The notes below the pieces were generated by a model. The model ran no database searches. It saw only the letters and a list, made by a program, of their open reading frames with translations, and had not been told where the DNA came from. A program made the position numbers and the translations under genes. Source: Lingula anatina (taxonomy: Eukaryota > Animalia > Brachiopoda). From it: a DNA stretch of 64,000 nucleotides. How positions within the stretch are numbered: position 1 is the stretch's first letter; each line of letters begins with the position of its first letter. The stretch is taken from positions 63,962,788 through 64,026,787 of the forward strand of contig CM120640.1 of assembly GCA_051362555.1 (NCBI GenBank). The letters run 5' to 3'. Positions 12,701 through 23,646 of the stretch are shown here, piece after piece.

Positions 12701-14237
12701 CGCAAAGACAAATTTGCGGCATTTTCAATTATATTTTATTAATTCATCACAGGCACATTTTAATCTCTCTTTAGACTCAACGGTTTTGAATAAAAGCAAG
12801 CCGTGGTTGTCAGTAGATTGTTAAATGTGAATTTTTTATAAATATAAAGATATAACGTGCACGGTCATATCAAATTTTTGTACATGTTGCATCTGAACTC
12901 ATGAAAAATCGTCACTGGATTTATAACATCCCATTTGTGACCCAGGCACTAATATATCACACTGAAAAGAACCGTCACAGATTTAATTAGATGGTTATTT
13001 GCTGGTCAGAGGAATTCGCAATTGTGAAATCTTCTGAAATTTTAACAGAGAGTAGATAAATTATATTGAAAATCAATAAAACGATTTTCCAGAAATGCGT
13101 TTATTTCTGTTTTATCTTCATCTCCGCATCAATAGATTTCCCTTTTCAGCAAAGACGCTACACGTTCTTTTCAATACCTCTGTACAAATATTTTATCAAA
13201 CATACGAAAAGTATAATTCACGTCTTAGTATCCTTACGAGTTTATGGTACGTAGGTCGTGCTTGAAAAATGCCATGGCATTCGGATTCCAGTGCTGGTAA
13301 TTATATTGAATCTAAACAGCAACATATGGAGAAAACAACTCTCTCCTCTGACGAATTCACACCCGCACAATATTTGATATTTTCAATGGATAGTGGCCGC
13401 GACCCCCCTCCCAACCTTAGCATTCCTAAGCTATAGGCAGACCTTTTAAGTCAAAGTCAAATATGTACAGCATTTCATTTTTGCTTCCATTGTCTAGACC
13501 TAAACTTAAAGACTGTGAAGAAGAAAAAAGCTCTTGATACTTAGATTAGAAAAATAATTTGTTTTCACAGATTATATAAACTTGCATAGAGGAATTTTGG
13601 ATGGTTGCCTACAAAATTTCACAACTGCTAATCAAATACATTAATTTTCAAATAACTAATTACCTCCATCTTGTGGGCAAGAGGCAGTTTGTGCAAACAA
13701 ACGGAATGTGAAAATATTTACACGCAAAGTTTTGATATATATATATTTATATATATACAGATGGCACCAAGTACGCTTTCTTCACTATTTTCTATTAAAC
13801 TAGTGCGGGTCAAAAATATCAAATATTTTGAACATATGTACATTGGAAACAGTTCTTTCCTCGCACTCAATCCAGGTAGAATAACGAGAATTAGGATACT
13901 ACCAATGAAAAAAGAACCGTTATCCATTTCATGTTATTGATATACCAGTTCGAGTTCTGATTAATATTAACTGTCCTCTGCAGCATAAAACATTCCACGC
14001 AAATTTTAAAAATGCCGAAGTTTGTAAATAAAAACATTTGTCGACAACTGAAAAAGAGTTAAAATTTGTAAAGTATAAAATTTAAGTATAATGTATAGTT
14101 AAAACCTACAAAAGATCTACTATATCTGAATATGTACTTAATAAAACCAAGTTGTGATAAATGCTTGAAATAAAGAGCAACTGCTCTTGCATTCATGCTA
14201 GAGCCAGCCACAGGCAACATATATATAAAAAGACTGA

Positions 14238-17200
14238 CTACTCTTTCAGCAACATGTACATTAATGCTAGCACTGTCATTATAACTCCGCTGCTCGCTAT
14301 CTTCGGGGCACCAGCAATGCGACACTTGAGGGTATCGTATCTGGATAATAAAAAAACAGGTATCAAGTTTTTTTCTTTCATAATCCTAGGTTATTAATTC
14401 AACGATCAAAATAGAAGTCTATGACGTGAATAATGCTTACAAAAAAGAGGCTAATATGTAACTAAGTTTGCAATAAATAAGCAAATCACTGCGCTGGGCA
14501 GTCTACGTATGACTCAAAGGTAAACTATTATCTAAATCTGCATGGTTTAAAAAGATAAAGGTTATTTGTCCACAAAACAGACATATGCCTTGCATGTTCC
14601 TAAAATTGCCGTTCACCAAGCAATGTCGGTACCAAGTGAGGGGAGTACTTTGCGGGAACACTCACCTTGAAAATATTCCCAGTTTCAGTTTCCTGTACTC
14701 TTCTTCCATTTCCTTTCCGTCGAAGTACCATCCCTGATCAATAAACGGGTACTCGTAGCCTTGCTTACACTCACACTTGTAACCACCCTTCTCAAACTTC
14801 TGGCTGGGCTCGAATTTGCACTGTTAATGTAAAATGAATACCTTGTTCAATGATAACATATGAATGACACCCTCAAGTCGACGTCGACACACTTAAACAT
14901 CAGCCATTATATGACTGCTGGTACTATTTACCCTAGCACCCGTGGCGCTTTACGGAGATAAGGTGAATACTGAGTGTTAGCCTACAATTACGCTGTCCAT
15001 TGCGACTTCAATATCTATTGAGCACTGCTGAGTTTTGATTACTATTAAGAAATTTCATTATAAGGCCACAAAAAACTGCTTATTGTCTGTATTACCACCT
15101 TTTTATTACTGACGACTGCTCGTATGCTTTTCATGTTGCTGGACCATCCGCAATTATTTTAATCTAACACGGTAGTTATTAGTAAAATGAAAAACAGTTA
15201 AAATTTCTTTCAAAAACATAATGTGATTAAATTCAAAGAACACCGTGGAATGAGGAATAGCTGATTTCAACCAGTACTCTTATCTATAATGCGTCGCCTG
15301 TTATTCGTGTTATATGGGTTATCGTGAAGGTAGGAAAAAGAAACATACAACTTCATCACTAACACTCACTCAGGGAAGATGTGGCATGCTGTTAGTAGAA
15401 CCCACCTCGGTTGGCACCAGGGAAAAATCACTATGGAGTTTCACGTGATCATTCCGCCAGTGCCAAGAGAGAGGGGCTCTCAATTCTGCTCTGCAAACTG
15501 GCGTCTTTGAATATGAAAAATCCATCAGTTACACTGTACTATCCTTTAGTACAAAAAACATAAAGAGCATTTGTTGAGAATAAAAAGAAAGAGGGAGATG
15601 TTACTTACGTATGTGGATTCGTAGTCGCAACGTGCAGTTCCTTTGAAAGCATTAGGCACATAAAACTCCTGGGGACACTGGTTAATGTCGAGATCTCGCA
15701 GTTTTACGTCAACGATGACCACGCCCCTAAAATATTGGAATTTCATCATAGTACAGATTATCTTAGGTGTGCTATTTTCTACACAAGAAAATAAAAACTA
15801 AATAACAGTAGGCGCTGTATACATTTAGGATAAATTTAACAGGAATGAAGGTCTCCATTAGGCCAAAATGAGAAAGCATTAAAAGTAAATTATATTATGT
15901 TCCCTCCTTGTCTGAATAGAGACAAATACACGTTGCCGTACTTACTTGAATTCAATTCTTTTCAGGGAGTTAAGACCAAAGAAAGGGACAGAGTAAGTCA
16001 TGAGCCAATCATCCACGTATCCATCACAATCAAAGTAAGGCCCGAACCACTCCCCAAGCTCATAAGAAGCCGCATAGTAGAAGAGTGGATATTGGTCAAA
16101 TTTCCTCAGTGCAGTGCCTAGAGAGAATATATAAATATCCAGCTTAAACAATTATTATCACCAAATAAAAATAAAATTGTTCAGAACATGAACTAAATTA
16201 AATGGCAAGAATTTTAAATGCCTATAACATCTCAGACAAATGGTTATTCGTACCAGCAATATCAGCTCTCATCCAAGGATTCATTGTAAAACGCGTCAGC
16301 CCGTAGGTGTTGGCCCTCCAGCGGTCTCTCACGTCTGAAAACCAAACCTCGTCTGCATAGCCTTCTGGGTCTCCTGTTTGAAAAAAAAAGACAATTTGAT
16401 TTAAAGTGAGTAAAAGTCATAAGAATTGCACTTACTTTCTCACATTTCCGTAGTGAGTAATATGTAGATTGCCACTGTCATAATTTTACAGCGTGTTTTA
16501 AATACCTTTTTATCTGCCAATGCGATTGTATTTTGGATTATAAAGGCTGATACAAGACGAGTAGAAATGTAAGAAGACTTGTGTACCTGCAAAGTCTACA
16601 GCCAAATATTGGTCTCCCAAGGACTTCCAGGCATAAGGGCCAAAGTAAGATCTCATGGTGCCATTTCTTTCCAGGAATTTGTTATGGTCAAAAAACACAC
16701 CGCAACCGGAGATCTCAACATTGCCCATCACGTTACTTCCAACCTCGCCAAACATCTGCTCTACGTGCAGCTTATTATCACCCAACAAGTTTCCAAAATC
16801 TTCCTTTTCGTCTACGTTCTGCATAAAGTTGCTGAGAAACTGGGCCAGACGAACAGCCACGCGGCCCTGACTTTCAAACTGTTCTTTTGTCCCGTACGCC
16901 ATATCTCCTGGCAGCTCTAACTCCTCCTGTGTCTTGGACCTGCAGTTTGCACTGGTTACACTGTCCATCTTTTCGATAAGAAGGTTCACACGAATGCTGG
17001 ACTCCTCGTTGAAGGCTTGAACCACAGCTTCTCGCTTGCGTCGGCGTTTGACTTCTTGTCTTTCTTTCTCCTTATTGATCTTCCTCTTATTGCGTTTTAT
17101 GATTTCGACGTCTTCTTGGCGGATTTTGCTGGCGACCCTACGCTTCTTTCTCAGTTCTTCTCTCATTTTATTGAGCTCTATAGCGTCCAGGACATCTTTC

Positions 17201-18147
17201 GGAGCATGAGCGGCAATGCTTCGCTTCCTACGCCCGCTAGAAGTGTTGTTACTGGGCGTTACGGGGGCAGCTGTCGTGGTCACAGGCCGTGGAGTGGTGG
17301 TGGTCGTGGTGGTAGTAGTAGTAGTAAATTTCTCTACGATGACACCACCGGATGGGCCACCTTCTTTGTTTTGAATTTGAGGGACCACCATGCGGTCTAG
17401 AAAAAAAAAAGATATTATGGATTCCAACATTATTTGGGATTCTCTTTCAGATGGAAAAGTACGGTCCCATTCCTGATTAATATCCCCAAATTTGCAATAA
17501 CCTGTATTGAAATGTTTTATAAATTGCTGTGATACAGGAACTAAAAAAATAAAGTGAAGTTAAAAATTGAAAGAAAACGACATTATACCATCTCTTATCA
17601 GTGAAGATCAGGCAGCGATGATCAGTTATACTCAGCCTCCAATTCAATCAATAACGTATGAAATTTTGTTTTGTAAATGGATACTCACAACCCACAGGTA
17701 AACAGTCGAAGCCATTTTTGTATTCTTCTGTGGTAGCGAGTTCAATGTCCACTCCCTGGAAAGCGCCATTTTGCCAGTGTGGCAGGCGGTACCCTGGGCG
17801 GCACACACACTCGTAGCCACCACGCTGAAAGCCGAACCCGGACAGCGGCTGACACTGACAACAAAAGGAAAAGGCATCTTACTGTTTGAAAATGTAACTT
17901 ACACATAAGAATCAAAAAGAAAGGAATGGCAGTATATCCACGAGTATGGTGTTTTGAGATTATTATTTCATTCAGCTTACAAAGTTTATTCCAATTATTT
18001 GATATACGTAATAAGTGGCATCTACCAAATAACTATTATTAGGAAGACATAGTTAAACAAGTATGCTCAAGTTAACAATTGCCAAATCGTTTCCCAACCC
18101 CACCCCATACACCCCTGGCCCTTTAGTTATGATTTATACCCCCCTCC

Positions 18148-18182
<35 letters not shown>

Positions 18183-20878
18183 CATGTGGACCAACTCTCC
18201 ATACCATGGTGGTGGGTTTGCAGCGAGCTGTCCCTGCCAGAAAGTTGGGGATGGGATTTCCCTGTCCTATTGGACATGGATTGAAGTCGATCCGCAGAAA
18301 ATCCATATCCATTGTAACAACCGCAGAGTACCTAAAATACATCCATTCAAGCATTCATTTTTATCTTTAATTTAATAACTTTTTTATATCTTAGTATTTA
18401 TGTATTTCATTATATCATTGAAAAATAGCTCTTGCCGACAATTCAATGTGCGTGAGACATTCGGAGCATGAGAACAACCCGGTACAGATATTGCACTTGG
18501 CGACTGTCGACTGGTGTGTGGATAACAAAAGAACTCTGCAGCTGATAACTATAGATACAATATTTTATATGACAGCAAAAGTTATATATGCTGCAAAGCT
18601 TAAGTCAACAAAAAGTAAAAACATGTTAAGTGCCCTTCACAGCAATCTCTTTCTCTGACTTAAAAAAACGACCAAAAATAAAAATTAAAATAAAATAAAA
18701 TATTTCTAAAAAGTAGAAAATGTCACAATTTAAGAGCATCGTTTGAGTCGAGGATGGAGACATTAAGTATCCACACAGTTTGTTGCTTGCAGGCTATCTG
18801 TTGCAAGTTTCAGTTTTACTCTTCGGAATTGTTTTCACATATAAGAAGACATGCGGGAGAATAACGCCAGAGGTAAGACGAAAACTTTCGACGATTATTA
18901 AACGCTATTGAGTGCATGTGCTATCGCATGCCACATAACTAATAACCATGGTAACGACAATCCATCTACACTGCAATGGCGAATGTCATATGTTCTTCAG
19001 TGCTGCTTGGTTCCTATTACTCTTACTGTTAAAAAAACAGATTGTTTTCTTGCGATCTCGATTTTTTTCTTAAAAATTAATATTTTGAGTTATGTGCACA
19101 GTCTGCTCAAAATACATAGAACATAAGTTAAACGGTATTGGGCATGGTATGTAATTAGCGAATTTGAAAATGTTTTTAGTTCAAAATAAAAAACGATATG
19201 AAATTAAAAGCAGTATCAAAGTATGCATTGCAGTGTTCAGATAAGGTGGATAGAAATCACAGAACACACTAATCACAATGACAGCTTCATGGCATCAATT
19301 ACATGACAAATATCAACAGAGGAAATGCTCACTTACACTGATGCCACAGGGACATTTCCTCTTTAAGGTATACTATACGCGTTAAAAATGCCCCAAAGTC
19401 ATATTTTCGTGTCTACATATCCAACAAAAGCTACTTATCTTTCCCAATCCAGGCCTTAAAACGACAAAACACTTCAAATAAAAAGGCCCTATGTCGATAT
19501 TCTCTGCTGCAGTCAGGAAGATACAGCGGTCTAAACTAAATGAATCACGATTCGTTCAGAACTAAGTTATTTAATTAAAAATAGAACAAAACATCGAATC
19601 CAGGGATGGATTGAGCAATGATTCGTGAGTGGGAGAAATTTTCTTTTTTTTTTTTTTCGAGGAAAGAATTTTGGCGTGAGTAGCAGAAATTTGCTTTTTT
19701 CTCGAGGAAAGAGATTTGGCTAAAAAATCCCGCATAAAAGACTTTTAACATTAAAAATATTTTTCATCAATCCCCCCCCCCCCAAAAAAAAAAAAAGAAA
19801 AAAAAAACTGCACCAAACTTGGAAATGTATGTGTGAGATTATTTATACGTCTGACGGTCTATTCAGCCCCTCTTTATGCTTCAAATTAAAGCATTACTTT
19901 ATTTTTAAGATGACAACTTTTAAAAGTGTCTACTGAAATTAATACAAACCTTGGGCGTCTTATATGATCAAAGTCATGATATCGAGACAGGTGATCCACC
20001 ACAGGGGACACAGCGCTTATAATCCACTTGTTGGTCTTGCCACAGTCAAAATACGGAGCAGTGTACAATACAGGGAGATACTGCGTCTCCAATGCGCTTG
20101 GATTTGGTGGACCAAAAAATGTCTTTTCTTGAAATTCATTGCTTACAAATTTACCAGTTTCGTTTGAATATTTAATTGCGTATGAATACGTAAACTTCTT
20201 CAACGAGTCTCCAGATTTAGAGAAATCTGGTAAGAAAAGCGAGTACCAATCGTTTGTTTTATATTGAGTGCTGGTATAGTTACTCTCACTACCAGCCCCA
20301 ATGTCAACCACGTTGATGGTGTTGTTGGTTGGCTCTCGGAGCCAGTTCATCGGATCTTTATAGTCGTCCAAACGATATGCGTGTGGACCAAATAAAAGGA
20401 GCGTGTGATTGAGCGGCAAATTGCTGTAAAAATTCGGGAATGTGAGGTTGTACTCGAAATACACCGAGCTCCCGTTTATCCATCCAGGATTGGCTCCTAC
20501 ATCTGCTGCTAAAGACATGTAATAATATAGAAATCCTGGTTGTTGGCCGAAATTCCAAGACTCGTTTGCCTTGTAGTTCATATAACTGAGATAAAATGAG
20601 CGACTGAGCGCCATGTTATGCAAATGAATCATGCTAGTCCTGTTTGCAAAGAATTTTTGGGAGAGCAAATCGTTGGCTCTCGGCTGATGTGTGACCACAG
20701 AGGTTGGTAGTTTCAAAGCCGAAGCTGGCTTCGTCTCACAGTTTTCTGCTGTGACCGCGTTCATCATCCTGTCTAGCTGGTCAAAACTATCCTCCGTCAT
20801 CCAATCGAATGGTCCACCGTTCACCATCACGGCTAGAGCGGCTGCCAAAATCACCGCCAAAGCTCCTTGGTATGCCAT
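14238..20878 (-). CDS. Secreted, probably GPI-anchored 899-aa protein with two tandem GPR158/GPR179-like ectodomain (Cache-like + EGF-like) units and no 7TM
   Basis: Nine GT-AG exons: 20878-19950, 18331-18205, 17854-17689, 17396-16587, 16373-16254, 16117-15946, 15726-15609, 14820-14666, 14340-14238; total 2700 nt in one frame. Signal peptide MAYQGALAVILAAALAVMVNG. Each half has FGPxA, PYFDC..W, DxNxCP, GTARC and GGYxCxCxxGY motifs. Ends ...CRIAGAPKIASSGVIMTVLALMYMLLKE-stop. Confidence 0.88.
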
Positions 20879-23295
20879 TCTCCCCTCCTGATATTCACAG
20901 CATGGAAATATTCGTCAAATGGCCATATAAAAAAGACTAAAAGCAGAGATATTTCAAATATCCAGCCTTGTAATAATTTTTCAAGATGGCCGCTGTGAGT
21001 CACCTATTCAAATCGAGATAACTGAAATAGCTTTCAGGCTGAGACAGCATGGCCGGTCATTGTTATTCAGGTGTGCTAAACGAAAGGGGCCGGATAAAGG
21101 GGGTAGGCACAGGTAGTGTAAGTGGGCTGTCCTAAGCTACCCAGAAGCTGAAACCAAGTATTTAAGGACATACACATCATCTGGAACCATTATGACTGAA
21201 TCACTTTGAATAAGAAAATTGATAATGATATTTTTAAGCTCATGTTTCCAATTGTGACAAAAGGCTCATAGACACCGAGAAAGAGAAAGTTAAACTATGA
21301 ATAAAGCAACAGTGACAATCAGGTTTTGATAAGTCTGTAAAAGTAAGTCAATTCGTTCTTGTTTACTTGGTGTGAAAATGTGGGCTAATTATCAAACTTG
21401 CGGTTTTAATGAATTGAAAGAAAAGAACATCTTTACATAAATCTTTAAAATGCTCGCCATGAAAAAAATAGATCAAAAGAACAATACACATTAATGTCTG
21501 TCAAGTTGTTTACCACCACCTCAGAGAGCCCCTTCAAAGCTGAGTCAATAAAGGTTCAGCTATTATAAGCTCAGGTGACCTCTTGAGCGCCCGGTAAAAA
21601 GGCTCTCTCTGATTGGCCAGGCAGGTTGTGTCGCGGTGTAAACAGGTAGATGTAGTATCATGGCCGCCAGGTATGCGGGTGACTCAGGTGATATAAGTAT
21701 CATAGAGTTCCGCTTTCTACCTTGAATGCAAAATGCACAATCCTCGTTGCAAATATAACACCAATTTACTTCTAAAAGGAAAATGTGATCTTGTTAAAGA
21801 AAACTTCGTGTACTATTAATAAAGCACGATTTGCTAAACCAAAAAGGAAAGATAGAGAAGATTAATACAGAAATGAAAGGGAGGGGTACACATTTTTCAT
21901 AATAATATTATTTGGATAATATGGGTACTCTCATTGACTTAAATCTTAGCTTCTTTTAAGATTACCTATGCGTTTACAAATGTTTGGCAAGATGGGAATT
22001 TCCCGCCTCTTTTTTACACTTATTCATCTTTTTATTTTATTCATTGCCCAACCTTTTATCATCTTTCGTAATCGTGCGTATTCCCAAAAACTTAAGACTA
22101 TAAACCATTGTTTACAACCCGCATTTGGTTATCCTCAAATGAATAAGCAGCGACAAACGCGAAAGTTCGTTTTCATTTGTTTCGAAACGTTTGTATGAAT
22201 TTCTACATTACGTAGAGAGATGCCCCTTTTTTTGTTTTAAAATGTAGAAAAAGTTAGAATAGTTAGGGTCCAACTCGTTAATTCACCGATCTAGTAACAT
22301 ATTTTTACAAGAGACGCATGTCTTATTTAACTATGTCACAACAAAAATTAACAACACCAATAAAAAAGAAACCGACCTCATTTTTTTGAAAATAAGATGT
22401 AATAGTCAATAAGTAAGTTAAAAATACAGTGCATCGAGAAAAGGGTATGAATCACTTTTTCCACACAAAAGTCTCGTTTTAGTATTTTAAGTGTTAAACC
22501 TATGGTGATATTGCGCACGAGGCTTGACTTTAGGGGTGTTGACAATAATGAGTTCCGTGAAAGAAACTCGCGCAGGAAATATTCGCTTACTCAGTTTTGT
22601 GACGCAAGCAACTATTTAATGTTGGTGTCTAATTTAAGAAACGAATCAATAGGACAATAATAAGAAACACAGACCCCATTAAACTTCTTCTTCCGATTGC
22701 AATTAAGTGTAATTTACTTAGTCACGTTTAAATGACAAGATGGTTTTGTGCATTTTATTGAAGTTGGCCAATAATTCAGTCATTCTGTGTGTGGATATTG
22801 CCCGTGTAAGTAAATGTACTTTTTTTACTTATGTAGTGTAATTGCTGTTGACAAATACTTAAGTATCTACTGTGTCTGTTGAAAGCTTAGAGGCAGAACT
22901 GTAGTTTGATCGAACCAACAACCAATAATTACAAATTGAACTCATTTTATAAGAATGAATTTCTGAATTTCAAACACCCAGATCAACAATCAGGCCCGGG
23001 CCTCCGTCGCCGTTTGTTTGCTTTTTATTTTTATCATTTTTTTTATTTCTATACTTACTACAAATATCGTCATTACTATTATAATTAGCATCCTTTTAAT
23101 GTACTTTTGTTAATTTTCCTTAGGTATCCCATGTGTACAATATTTCAACATTTTAGTCAAAAACACATTTAACGTCAATAAGTCATTTCACCTGTAGCGC
23201 TACGTGTTAATATTTCGGTCAAGACCTATTCAGTTACATGATGTTAAAAAAACTACAAAACTCACTTTAATTTGCCACAAAACTTGTCTCTCTAA

Positions 23296-23562
23296 GACTG
23301 CGTTCTCGTTAACCAATTGCACTATAGGTGGATCGATATAGCTCTGCAGGGTTCTCTTAAGTGCTTTCAATATAATCAGCTTAATTGTCTGGCACGCCCC
23401 CCTCGAGTAACTAGTGGGTAACTGACTATCGTTACTTTCCCCCTAGCAGCTTAAATAGGCGTACCAGACATTTAAGCCGCTCATACTAATTCCAATTTAA
23501 GCAAAAATTCCCGAAAAGTTAGATCGATCCCGCCAGTACAATGGGTTTATGGGAACGCTCCC
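23296..23562. mobile_element. Diverged Harbinger-like MITE directly upstream of the TLR coding exon
   Basis: TAA|GACTGCGTTCTC ... GGGAACGCTCCC|TAA; internal motif order (TAGGTGGATCGAT, GCTTAA..GTCTG..CGCC and its inverse) mirrors the 10223/56907 family. Confidence 0.6.
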
Positions 23563-23646
23563 TAAGTTTCATTCTTATTTGAAGACGGACATAAGATAAG
23601 GTTTTCACATTTATATCACTTTATTTTCCTCTTTTCAGATTTATCT

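Noticed and set aside
16579-17400. Several plus-strand ORFs
   Set aside because: Antisense shadows of exon 4 of the Cache-EGF gene.
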